64,000 nt of DNA from Laetmonice hystrix (taxonomy: Eukaryota). Positions 12,798 through 25,184 of this stretch are shown here, one piece after another (the first letter of the stretch is position 1; each line of letters begins with the position of its first letter). Made by a program: the position numbers and the translations under genes. The notes under the pieces are model-generated. The model was not told where the DNA came from. It saw nothing but the letters and a program-made list of their open reading frames with translations, and did no database searches. Where the stretch lies: NCBI GenBank assembly GCA_965235115.1, contig OZ249437.1, positions 49,786,001-49,850,000 of the forward strand, written 5' to 3'.

Positions 12798-13949
12798 CCC
12801 GCCGAGTCTGCATGCAGCCGGTTTATGCAAACACTGCACGCCATCCAGTACATTACAGCGACTCAGTTGATAACTGCACAGAATGCCGGATAATACACAT
12901 TCGATAGTCAGTAAGAATAGTGAACTCTTTACACAAAAATCCGTATTATCAATAAATTCAGCTGTACACTTGTGGATGAGGAATTAACACATATCGGCCT
13001 GAGTGAATTAACAGAATTGATCTGCTCAGTCCACAATATCCAGGTCAGGGTCCATGGCAGCGCTGTCGGTGTCGGTAGTGTCAATTCAAACCAGACAGTC
13101 CATCCAAGATGAGAGACCCTGTGACACTGTCAGAATGGCGAAGGCCTTGCCATTAAGAATGGATTCCGAAAGTGTTGGCCATACACCTGGGGATAATTAT
13201 GGACGGTGGAACCGAACCAAATCCAATACGGTCAGAACCATATTCCCGTTAGCTTACGAACACAGAGTCACAGTGTCTGAGGCGCACTGTACGACGATCA
13301 ATTACAGTGTCTTTCTGCCTGCCAAATTAATAAAGTTTGAGGAGTGATATATATCTTGTGTCATCTTAAAACAGATCCCGTTACATTGAAATGGATACGA
13401 ATATCCATTGGTCCTGTTTTAAGTTCCCAATATCTATTTGATAATAAGAGAAAGACGCTTCTCATGTTTTCTTTGTAATATACATGTACAATGAACTGAT
13501 GCTGTTGATCTAAACTGTGTAACCTTCTGTAATTAGATGGCTCAACACATAAAGGTGGCCACAGGTCGACATCGCCGCGACAGAACAGGCGGCGACTGGC
13601 TTTTCAGGATCACGCTGCGTCTGAGGCACGATGGTGCTGAACAGAACAGAACAGTCTAGCCTCTTCCCAACGACCGCACACGTTCCCTGTTTTGCGACCT
13701 GAACGTAATCATTCTGCCTTCTAAATTAGGAAGTTTCCTAGGGGAGGCTCCCAGCCCCCCCCCCCCCCCCATGTGTTCGCCCCCCCCCCCCGCGTGTGCA
13801 GTGTTGGATCCGCGCCTGAGATGTACCCCGCACTTTTTGTCACTTTCCTACGCTGTTGCTCACATATTAATCAGATGTAGATGCCAGGAATGAGGAGGTA
13901 CAAGGAGGACCCCTTGAGGTTGCAGAGCCTATATTTCAGAGTTGGTTGA

Positions 13950-14400
13950 CGATCTATCACGATTTGCTCAAGATATCGTACCGTGCACAACGAAATGATT
14001 CATGACTGACGAACTGATGGCCAAAGATTGACCATCGGATTGGCTGCCGTACGGAATGCTTGCTCAACGACCTGCCATCTTTTTAGCCATCCTGGCTCAC
14101 AGCCAGTGGAATCATCAAGGAAACTCACAAAAAGTAAGATACGCACACAGCCGTAGCATCTGTTCCGCCCAGGGACATGTTCAGCATGTAACCACACAAT
14201 GTGACGGCCACACAGTTTTTGCTACAGCTGGGCAGTGCCATGGTTTTGTGAGAGTGATGAACATTCAGATAGCTTTGTGTCGATGACTGTGAGGACGGCG
14301 GCCCCACAGCCCAAACCAGTTAGCACAGTTTATGACCACATAAAGCAAACATCTCCTTGTCAGCCCAATGGTCCACACCAGCCTCCACCGCCCATCAACA
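13950..14400 (-). mobile_element. Highly degenerate DIRS/Ngaro-like (tyrosine-recombinase retroelement) RNase H relic
   Basis: Frameshifted minus-strand translation gives GRWRLVW...LLYVVINCANWFGLWGRR, then HIVWLHAEHVPGRN, then W..VVEQAFRT..PMVNLWPS. This matches, in order, remembered DIRS/Ngaro motifs (ELYPIV..LWG; L.A.HIPG..N; W.L...F..I...P.VDLFAS). No alignment run. Confidence 0.35.
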
Positions 14401-17400
14401 CAACGTGCTAGACACAATCTGTAAGTTTTACACTCCAACCTAAGAACATAGGACTTGACTGGGGGCCGAATATATCATTCAAAGCCGGCCAGCCATCTGC
14501 TATCAATGGAAATCTAAAAAAGATGGCGCTGTGCCTGAGAAATGTAAACACGTTCAAGCTATATGACCTATGGTCCCCGTTGTACCTACCGATGTGAGGA
14601 ATTGTTTCGTTTCTTCATGGCGCCACTGACGTCAGAAAACCAAGTGCCAGCTATATATCCTCAAGAAACAATAATGGCATACGTGTTGGAAAGTACAAAT
14701 ACGGCAAACCTCAAATAAACCGTCCTCGTGAAACCGGAAAATCGCTCATACCGGACAACAGCAAAGTCTTGAGTTTTCTGTAACGTTTTCCATTAAGTTT
14801 TTCTATTTTCACGTACAACGTATAGCGGACGAAAGGTCCGATTCCGTCGCAATGCATTTCCATTAAAAAACAGCGTGTATATCGGACAAGGCGGCGTGCA
14901 GTAACAACAGAGCTACAATTTTTCCAAGTCGGAACATAAATCAACAGGGTTTTATTTGATCCATTCTTGACCACATGTACACCTTTGGTAGTTGAGTTTT
15001 ACAGTTATTCCCATGTTACAATGATGTTTTATATGTTTATGAACAGTCTTTTGTTGAAATTTATTTGGGCAAAGATTGAAGGAAACTGGACTACAAGTAG
15101 GTAGGTAAGAATGAAGGTGTTTTTATCTGAATACTCTGAACATGTAGACCTACCGGACAAAATGTGCCGGTCCAATTGAATCCGTAACATGCAAGGTTTA
15201 CTGTAGATCTACAACATTTTTCTCTATAACGTTCTGTTCCCGAGGACATGATTTTTCATGTGACATGAGAATACCCAAGACAAGTGGTGTGAAATGAAGT
15301 TACACATTAAACTACCCATTACAAGTCGTCTGAGACGGCCTTAGCTAGCGATGATTTATACCTCATGTCACGATACTGTGTCTCATATGACACTGAATGA
15401 AACATTTCTGATGAATATTCATTGTCAAGTGTATACTAATTAGGCTATCTCACCAGCAGTGGCGTTGTTTGCTAAGTTCATGTTTAACGATATGATTAGA
15501 AACCTTTGAAGTCGAGTTTTATACGATGACTGAACGTTCATAGGACCTTACTGAACGTTGCGTGTTTGTTTGGCTGATCAAAGAAGACCACAACAAATTC
15601 ATACCTTCAGCCTCCATTGGTCAACCTCAGGAGGCAAAGAACAAAGTGAACTTGGCAATCGGTACATATTTCGGGATTCACAGGTTCCACCGGGTACTCC
15701 GACCCCCCCCCCCCCCCCCCCTCCCTCAGTAAAAACTGGCCACCTTGCTATGACCCTGGCTGTGGCTGAGGCGTGAAAATCGTCAATCCAATCTACTGAC
15801 GTTCTCTGGGCTGCCAATGGTGGCGTTGGTGCCCCCAGGAATCCCAACTCCTGTTAAAGGCACTCACTCCCCATGAGCCCGTCCGTATGCTCAGCAATCA
15901 ATGGAGTATCTTTGAGGTGGTCATCAAAAGTATTTAATGTATTCCCTGTACTTCCTGCTCATTACGACATACAGTCCTAACGGCTAAGGTAACGCCGGAT
16001 CTCCCGGGTAGGATGACATCTCGCATGAATATTCATAACACGTTAACCAGTCACCACATAAACGTCCATAGTTGATGGACAGGAAACCATTAGCGTATTG
16101 CTAGCAACAAAACGATAACCTTTCTTCAAACTACCCGCAAGCACATAATTGTGAAAAATATTGCCTCGATGAAATATTTTCCAAAATACTTATCTAACAG
16201 AAAATGACACGGAAATCTGACCTGGACGCAACATTTCTCTCGCTACAAATACCATAACCAGGTCGACTGTGCAAATCATTATAATCTTACCCCCGGACAC
16301 CTGTCAACTATTTTTAGCCCGGTTGTTCGAACACGTACCTAGTATTAATTTGACGAACATACTAGATGCGTTCGTCATGAAACACATGTATTTTGACTCA
16401 TTCCAGAAAAACTCCTCATACTCGAATAATTAATACTTTATATATTTCCGCTATTGACTAGTGGGTGGGTGGGGAGGCATTTATATTATCGATGTTTTCT
16501 TCAAAAATAACAAATAGTGAAAGAAACTCTAGCATCTCGCAGAAGTTGAACACTGTTTCATAATGACATTAGAGACAATAATACCAGTAATATCCCGCCT
16601 AATTCATCGCAAGTGTAGAAATATCAAAGACATTTTCTGAATGTCTTCGCATTGTAAGAGCTACACCCACTCTCGTAGACAAGAATGATTTGCAGGGTAT
16701 TACACGCAATTATGCAAATTAAATTTCTCTGATCCACAATGCCTTCTTCATCTCCAGTTCATGCCGACATTAGTATGTAAATTGACTGCCGATGGTGTTT
16801 CCTTCTCCTTCATGTTTTTTCTCCCTCCTCTCCATCGAGGATATCGTGGAAGTAATAAAACCCCTGGTAGTCCATATGCAACCATATCACCTTCACATTA
16901 TCTACTGATTCCTGATAACAGAGGATTAAGGCTTCACTGGATTTAAGTTGTAAGGGCTAATTACATAATTGGTGGAGGCAGTAAGTGTGACAACTAGCTC
17001 TTCTGTGATGCATGGCAACTTTCACAATGTTGCGATTTCTACGTGCATTAATTATTGAATTGTCAACATGAATATCTGATAAAACTCACTCAGAAAAGCA
17101 TATCATATTTCGGAAGAAGAGGTGTTTTTCAATCACACGTCTCTTTGAATATCTGAATCCTGTAAGCAATACTAGAACATGTATGTTTTTGATTTCCTCT
17201 GGGAGACTTGATAAAAAACGTAAAGTTTCTTTCAGTCTACTGAAGCAAATTACTGTTGACGTGAAACAGCTTTCTCAGAAACCTGTGGTGCTCGTGTTTG
17301 ACAACATCACGTTGAGCTGGGCTCCTGAGTGGTCGATGATGTAGGGGCCTAGGCGTGTCTGGGTTGTGTGACCCACACATGATGGCGATGTGGCGGAAAT

Positions 17401-17825
17401 GTTTTCTTAAAATTGTTGACCTTTACGTTACGAGTTGAACATGATATTGGGATATTCATTAACCAATTGCATGTGACTGACGGGAAATAATTGGAAGCTG
17501 GGTTTCCTCAGCCTGAGTCAGTGGCCGCAGAAAGGCAGAACAAAGAGATGAGTATCATGGTAGCCGCTTTCAAACTGCCCCCCCCCCCCTAGCGATACAG
17601 TGAACATGGCATTTTCTTGAGCTCTAAGCATGTCTACCAGACAGATGGAAGTATTTAATACTTGTGGCTTCGTGGTTTGAGTACCTAGTGACAGGAACCG
17701 TCTTGTGAAAGGAGCCGACAACCACTGACATGGAAGCCTTGTTCCGATCAGTCGTTTTCCTTCATTCTGACTACCGTACCAGTCTATTGGTGTAGGGAAT
17801 CCCTCCAGGTATGATGAGTCTGGAT

Positions 17826-18114
17826 CCTGGCCCCGGTTTCAGAAAGACTCCAAGCAGCTACGGCAGCCCATAGGGGCATAGATTTGACATACATGTAGTG
17901 ACAAAAAGACAGTGTTTTTACCTTTCTAAATTGATTTGCATCGATATTTTTACAGTGATAAAAATTTACCAGAGATGGAAATATTCTTACCGCGGTGATA
18001 TTTCCATAGGCGTGAAAATATTCATGAAAATCTGTGTCTGTGTCCTTGTGGGCCACCGTAGCCCTGCTTAGCTTTAAGCGTGCTGCTGAGAGCCTTTCTA
18101 AAACCGGGGCCAGG
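17826..18114. mobile_element. MITE with imperfect terminal inverted repeats (~289 bp)
   Basis: Left CCTGGCCCCGGTTTCAGAAAGACTCCAAGCAGC versus reverse complement of right end CCTGGCCCCGGTTTTAGAAAGGCTCTCAGCAGC (29/33 identical); no transposase ORF. Confidence 0.8.
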
Positions 18115-18173
18115 TTAAAGAGGGAGCTTGAGGGTGTCCGGGAAGAGAAAGGTTGGCGGGCTGTGGGCTGGTT

Positions 18174-18533
18174 GGTCACCTGGTGGGGACACGGTTAGAG
18201 GATGGCCACCTGGTGGGGAGACGGTTAGAGGATGGTCACCTGGTGGGGAGACGGTTAGAGGATGGTCACCTGGTGGGGACACGGTTAGAGGATGGTCACC
18301 TGGTGGGGAGACGGTTAGAGGATGGTCACCTGGTGGGGACACGGTTAGAGGATGGTCGCCTGGTGGGGAGACGGTTAGAGGATGGTCACCTGGTGGGGAG
18401 ACGGTTAGAGGTTGGTCACCTGGTGGGGAGACGGTTAGAGGATGGTCACCTGGTGGGGAGACGGTTAGAGGATGGTCACCTGGTGGGGAGACGGTTAGAG
18501 GATGGTCACCTGGTGGGGAGACGGTTAGAGGAT
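18174..18533. repeat. Minisatellite, 12 x 30 bp (GGTCACCTGGTGGGGAGACGGTTAGAGGAT)
   Basis: Exact 30-bp period with a few substitutions. Confidence 0.98.
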
Positions 18534-18617
18534 AGTCGAAATGATAAATTTGATGAGATGATGTACCACGTGAGCATAATATGGGGGAGAAGAAGGAGCC
18601 AGCTGGGTAGGTTGGAC

Positions 18618-19250
18618 GGGCCAGCATATGGATAGGGTGGGTAAGCCGGATGGGTAGGGAGGACGGGCCAGCAGATGGATAGGGTGGGTAAGCCGGATGG
18701 GTAGGTAGGGCGGGCCAGCAGATGGATAGAGTGGGTAAGCCGGATGGGTAGGGAGGACGGGCCAGCAGATGGATGGGGTGGGTAAGCCGGATGGGTAGAC
18801 GGGCCAGCAGATGGATGGGGTGGGTAAGCCGGATGGGTAGACGGGCCAGCAGATGGATGGGGTGGGTAAGCCGGATGGGTAGGGAGGACGGGCCAGCAGA
18901 TGGATGGGGTGGGTAAGCCGGATGGGTAGACGGGCCAGCAGATGGATGGGGTGGGTAAGCCGGATGGGTAGGGAGGACGGGCCAGCAGATGGATGGGGTG
19001 GATAAGCCGGATGGGTAGGGAGGACGGGCCAGCAGATGGATACGGTGGGTAAGCCGGAGGGGTAGGTAGGGCGGGCCAGCAGATGGATAGGGTGGATAAG
19101 CCGGATGGTTAGGTAGGACAGGCCAGCAGATGGATGGGGTGGATAAGCCGGATGGGTAGGTTTGATAGGCCAGCAGATGGATAGGGTGGATAAGCCGGGT
19201 GGGTAGGTAGGATAGGCCAGCAGATGGATAGGGTGGATAAGCCGGATGGG
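18618..19250. repeat. G-rich minisatellite, 14 units of 47 bp (three are 42 bp)
   Basis: Unit GGGCCAGCAGATGGATAGGGTGGGTAAGCCGGATGGGTAGGGAGGAC; unit starts counted from 18618 to 19214. Confidence 0.97.
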
Positions 19251-19832
19251 GGCAGACTGATATTTAAGGTCCGTGTAGCCGAAGAATGTATTCTCCAGGA
19301 ACCCACGGCCTGAGGCTCAGACTTAACATTCTGAGGCGTTTCAGTCGCCTTGGATAGTATGATAATATCCTGGATAATTGCAATAAGGCTGACCGGTGAC
19401 AACACAACAATACTCGGAGGAATCGTATGGTACCGCATAGTAATGGCCGCACCCCGCCACCGCCATTGTTATTGCTACTACTAGAAAGCATGTAAAACCC
19501 CTTAAATTTTCGTGACTACCCTATTTTCACCATTTTCACATTCTAGAATTTTTGTACCTTAATTTTCTCGCTTTCCGCGAAAAATCGCGACATCTCAGGT
19601 GTAAATAGAAACAGCAAGACAACATGAGAACCTGAGAGACAACTCGCCAGCAGCGCGGGACCCATCAGTAAAGTTATCCCTGGCCCCAGGCTGGACACGA
19701 CCTAGATCAATTACCGGCCATTAGTAGGGATACCACCACCAGATCTAACAGAGCTATGAGGCGATGTGTGGACGGATTACCTCCGGGATCGCTGCGCGGA
19801 GGGAGCGCACCGGGGGTTTCATATGTATGTCA

Positions 19833-19860
19833 CATGCGCTGAGCCAATTGCCATGGTAAC
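19833..19860. promoter_or_regulatory. Putative promoter cluster: NRF1-like CATGCGC, CCAAT and RFX X-box-like ATTGCCATGGTAAC
   Basis: Motifs read directly; a CpG-rich stretch lies immediately to the left with a minus-strand donor-like GAG|GTAATC near 19780. Confidence 0.35.
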
Positions 19861-22800
19861 ATAGGATACCGACATGTGCTTTAGGTGCATATTAATAAAA
19901 CCACTTTCTTTGTTGCCCCGGATCCAAAGCCATATATAACCTGCCTCATACATGATAAAACCCTCTGTCAGCACTCGAAAGTAATAATGATGTTTTACTT
20001 TTGGACCAGAATAATGGGCTCTGCTAAATCACCAGAGTTATGAGACCTCGATGTTAATAAAAACAACAATGTAGTCTTTCCCCCTGACTATTATAGTAAA
20101 CAAGCTTTAAAACCCATAGTACGAACGCCACTAACTCTATCCCCCCTAACACAAATACACCGAATCACCCATTATTTCTTTATACAGACCCCATCTTACA
20201 TCGTATTATATCGCGTTTTCTTTATCCTTTCTCTGATACCTGCTTATCGTTTGGCGACGAAATATAACTTCTACTATTGCTTCCACCGTTGGGGCTATAC
20301 ATCAGTTCACATCCTGTACGGGATATATGACAAACATATATAGTAATGTAGTGTCAATTACCATGAAGGTGTGGCAGGATGAGTCATCGCCTCTGATGGC
20401 AGGGGATGAAGGGCGTCTACGAGCAATACATCAATGCTTTCAGCTCCTAACGGTGCAAATACACCGAACGCTCCACGTTTCCCAGGTCACACCTGTATGT
20501 CAGGTGGTAAAGTCGGGGGATAAAGTAGCACCTCTCTTATATCTTTAAATAATATTTTCATCTTCTCGATATCTGGTGGCCATAAGTCTTAACATGTTTC
20601 CAGATATAGCGAACGGTAATTGTATAATATTATAATACTGAACGACAATGAAAACGCATCTACAGGTCTATAATATTTTCATCATTTTTTATAGTAGGAT
20701 GTGCAAACTGTTTTAATTGAGAACAGGAATGTTGTTTTCTGAGTAGTCTATTCCGTACCTCGGTCGTACGTCTGGTTTCTTGTCAAATATCAAATGTGAC
20801 TGTTCCTTTAAAAAAAAAACTTGAACTATATTTTCACTCTCTGCATGCGTTTTCATTGCCGCTTAATGTATATGAGGTTATTCTCTCTTTTAAATGGGTG
20901 AATGAGGCAGGGGTTCCCTTCGTGAGACAGACAAACAGTGCCGATTATGTCAGAACTTCAATCGCCGCGTTATTTTGATGCTAGGTGCTCCTCCTCCTCT
21001 GAAGGTCACAAGTTAAGCCCTTGACACAACATTGTTGTACACTACTAATTGTAGCAGCCTACTCCGACCGAATACCGCTGTCATTTCCCAAGTGGTGCCA
21101 TTAAAGCTCAGCGTAGTCGCCGCCATCCAAGCGCTATAACAACATCTGTATTGCCATAAAGGTTGTCTTGGGCAGCTGCAGACTCTTCCATCTGTGTCGG
21201 GTGTAAGTGTGGGCGCCAAATAAGACCAGGGTAATAGGGACATTTAGTGGTTCACGTAGTTTGGGGGTGATAGTTGGGATTGCTTATCAAGGCTTGTACT
21301 TAGTGCTGGCAGGGACAGCTGATCGGTGATGATCCGGGCACTGCCGGGATGTGGTGAACTCTAACCGGTAACTGTGGCCGGAATCTGTGCGCGGCGAACA
21401 GCGCATTCCCTCGTATCAGTGACAGAACCTCTCGGTGGAGGACAATGATGAACAACCCCACCCCCCACCCGCCTTCAGCCAAAATGAAGAACCCCAGGGG
21501 AAGAACGGGATAGGAGGCGGGATATTGATATGCCTGGTAATCCTCACGGTACAGGATAATCCACACGCCTCGGGGTTTACGGTAGAAATCACCAATATAA
21601 AACCAAACCAACATTCTACAATTAAAGATGCACCGTTATCGCATACTGAGGACACATCTAGTACGACCGTCGGCTTCTTACAATTGCCATATCGGTGGTG
21701 GCAATGACTAGACACCTGCTCCAATTTGTAGAGGGACAGGTGTACATTTACCAAGGCAATCTGTCAATTCTTGCTCGGGTCTTATCGATCTGGCTGTTGT
21801 TACTTCATATAATCTCACCATGACTATATGAAATAAACAGTGTGCAAATATTAAACACCCACTGTCTTTCCAAGATGTAAATTTAGGAACAGAGGATTAG
21901 TGAGATTATCTTGCAATAGCATGTTGTCGCCTTTTATACATTCACCTTAGCGACACTGTTAGGGTCATTAAGGTTTTCGGGTTCCATCTTGTCACTGGGT
22001 ACAATATAAAATCTAAGACGGAAGGTAGCGAATAAAACTGTTTAATCACGGCTGAATCATGGAAATCTTATACCAGCGTAAGATTTGGAGAGTACTGAGG
22101 ATCAAGACGAGCTCTATGAGCATGGTCACGTCCCTTGGTTGATTTTTCTCTCCATCCACATTGATACTACTGTATGTTCTCCATTGATTCCGTGTCTCCA
22201 GACACCAGTTCTGTGGCGGTCGGTCGGTCGGTCGGTTTGCCCACACACTCTGCCAACCCCAGCTATACCTGATGTTAGGTTGGAGCTGTATGCGGGCGGT
22301 GGTGACAGTTTCCCGTACAGGAGGTGGTGCCCCACTGTATTTATTGTATGCAATCAGTGGTAAATCAGCAACTTCCTCGCGATTATATGTTTAAATTCTG
22401 GACAAAACCCGGCCTGTAACAGGGACGCAGCCTGCGGGGGTGGGTGGGCGGAGCTTGGATTTCCAGTTTTTTTAATGGAATCTCCACAATAATATTATAT
22501 TGTTAGCGACACCTGGTACTTGCTCAGGAGGCATTGTCCCCCCCCCCCCCGCATTTGGGCCATGATACGGCCCTGTGTAAACCCGATTACTCCGAAAAGT
22601 CAGGTGTGGCTAGGACTGATGACTCAACTAATGCACGTGTATGTGTCTTCACGGCATCACACATGTTGAGTCGTCTTGATGTTTTCCCGCACACATCTAA
22701 CTGTAACAGGGAGGCGGGAGTTCCTTAGCTCCCCGAGAGCCATCTGTAAAGTGCGCCATGATTGGCCGAATCAGATGAAGACAGGAAAAGGGAGGGAGAG

Positions 22801-23921
22801 GGTAGTAAAAAGGAGACAGATATGAAACCGTGAGAAGGTGCCATCAGGTAACAGTAACCCATGAGGTCACTGGGGGACAGGTCAGGTCACAAGAACGGGT
22901 CACAGCATGTTCCAAATCATTTCACTTTTTTCACCAGGAATGTTGATAGACCCTAAGGAAGATAGTCTTTCCAGATGTGGCTCTTTGACACATCAAAAAG
23001 CTCGTAATCTTGCCTGCCGCTGCTAACCTTAAGTGGCTGTGCCATCTTTACTCCCTCATCCTTTGATCCTTAACCTACATATGGCCTTCTGATCCAACTC
23101 CCCGTTTTTCTCCCTTTAATGACGGTCAATTAATGAACCTAACAGCCTATAAAACAGACCGTCGCTTTAACCAGCAGCTGAATCCACCATATCAATCATC
23201 TTATTAATGTCACAGTATAGTCCTTATGCATTCCACTGTTAGTTCCAGAATGATGTTATAGGCGATCCTTAACAATAAAAAACTGTTGATTCATATGGAA
23301 AATGAAATTAGTACCATTGACTAATGAATTGACTAGAAGGCATATTAAATAACTAATATACCGGCTAGATATCAAATCTACTATGTAAGGGAAGTATTTA
23401 GACACTTTCATGATTCCCTTTGCAATCGACCACTTTTTTACTGACGTTTAAACGAGCCGGACCACTTGCACTCAGTCAGCTGTCAAAACACCTGTCGAAG
23501 CAGAAGGTGTGACCAACACTGATCTATGTTTTTTTCTCAACTTAACTTAAGCAATGGGTTGTTTTATCAGCAACTTACACACTGTACTCCGCTTGAAAAC
23601 TATGGTATGACTTTGATGGTGTATAAATAGCAGTTTGATGCCGAAGTCGTTCTAACAATAGTGAGGAGCCGCAGCGGTACGATAAGCAACACCTGTTTCC
23701 CCTTGTTTTATCACCTCTTTGATACAGCGCCCAGGCACCAACGAGCTGTCCACTGAGGGCCAATAGCTGGCAAGGATTACTTTGCCGTATATTATAGGTC
23801 AGTTTATCATCAGACATTCTCCTTATATATAGACTGACATTAAAACCCACTTGGAATAAGCTCAGTTCTCACCTGCAGGTTGTGAGTGAGCAGTAGTTAA
23901 GCAGACGACATCGGGACCAGA

Positions 23922-25184
23922 ATGAGTGGATGGATAATGTTCCCATTCCCCTGCCACGGCTGGATACCAACCTCCACCATTGACAACGCCCGTCCATGGT
24001 GGCCCTTCCACAGTACCAGTGGTCTCCGTACGGGAGCAATGGGAAGACAGCGAGCTGTTTCAACGGCAACCCAACCTGACAGTGCCAGTCAGACAGAGAA
24101 TGAAATATTACACAGAAAGTTGTGCTCGTTAAAGGAAGAAAACGCTTTGCTTACCCGTCAAAACGAAAACCTACTCGTGGAGCTACAGACGGTCAACGCC
24201 CAACTTATCCAGCACAATACCAACGTCATGGACGTCAACCAGGTGGTCCACCGACAGCGACTTCCGCAGACGGAGGAACGGATTGCAAACCCCGAGAAAG
24301 CTGTCCACGGTTCACAGAAATCACATGAACACTGCCAGAAAGAGCTCCAATCTGTCAGAGATAAGCTCAACCAGGAGCGAGAACTGAGAAGAAGGGCCGA
24401 GTATGATCGAGACAATACCCTGAAAAATGTCAAGTCGTTCACTGACTGTTTAGGTGCAAGGCTCTGGGACAAACTTAACAAGTTTCAGGATATGGAGGCA
24501 CGTCTTCAGACCGGTTTACACCAGGAAAAGCCAGCGGAACAGCCTGTGAAATCAGACCAAGAAATACAGACACACGACTTGGCTTCACTGTTATTGAGGC
24601 ACAAACAAAAAATCGCTCATATAGAAAGGCAGATAGACGATTCTGGCCGAGTTCTGGACGAGAACCGATGTTTGCACCAGTTTGCCGATAAGTTAAGGAT
24701 GCAGTTAGAGGCGGTTCACGACCAAATTGGTGACTGGCTTCCCCAGCTTGTGCGACTCGAGGAAATACCGATAGCTTCTGATTCGACGCTCTGCACAGAC
24801 GAATCGTGCTCTTATTGTAGTGGGGACGTCCGGTCAGACAACACGTGTGACGACCTTGAGGGAGAGCAGGAACTGCTCTGGGATGACAGCTATGGTTCTA
24901 TACTGATAGGTCAACCCATCTACGATGATATTGTTGAAGAAGATATCGACGTCATTGTACAACAGCTGAGGTCCTGCGAGGCAACACCAATATTACGGCC
25001 TAGTTTAACAGTTGGGGAAGACGATCCAACAATGCAGGGACACAACGAATATGAAGTAAAAAATAATGTTCTCGATGGACTCTCGCTGAAGTTGGAGTAC
25101 TTGATGCGTCATTCCCAAACTCTTGTTGGAACGTTATGTAAGGCAACGGTTCTCATAGGTCATATTCTACATTTGTTTTCGTAA
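23922..25184 (+). CDS. Uncharacterised intronless coiled-coil protein, 420 aa (alternative start Met40 at 24039)
   Basis: By far the longest ORF in the window. E/Q/K/R/L-rich heptad-like helices at about aa 58-280, acidic Cys-containing linker, hydrophobic C-terminus; ATG has A at -3. Confidence 0.75.
   Translation: MSGWIMFPFPCHGWIPTSTIDNARPWWPFHSTSGLRTGAMGRQRAVSTATQPDSASQTENEILHRKLCSLKEENALLTRQNENLLVELQTVNAQLIQHNTNVMDVNQVVHRQRLPQTEERIANPEKAVHGSQKSHEHCQKELQSVRDKLNQERELRRRAEYDRDNTLKNVKSFTDCLGARLWDKLNKFQDMEARLQTGLHQEKPAEQPVKSDQEIQTHDLASLLLRHKQKIAHIERQIDDSGRVLDENRCLHQFADKLRMQLEAVHDQIGDWLPQLVRLEEIPIASDSTLCTDESCSYCSGDVRSDNTCDDLEGEQELLWDDSYGSILIGQPIYDDIVEEDIDVIVQQLRSCEATPILRPSLTVGEDDPTMQGHNEYEVKNNVLDGLSLKLEYLMRHSQTLVGTLCKATVLIGHILHLFS

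Noticed and set aside
12360-12893. 177-aa ORF with GNSLSQLPVDSHIT repeats
   Set aside because: A by-product of the 42-bp array; the frame changes at the 41-bp unit and there is no splice or expression evidence.
18115-18635. Repeat-peptide ORFs (DHPLTVSPPG etc.)
   Set aside because: Explained by a stop-poor 30-bp unit that is open on both strands.
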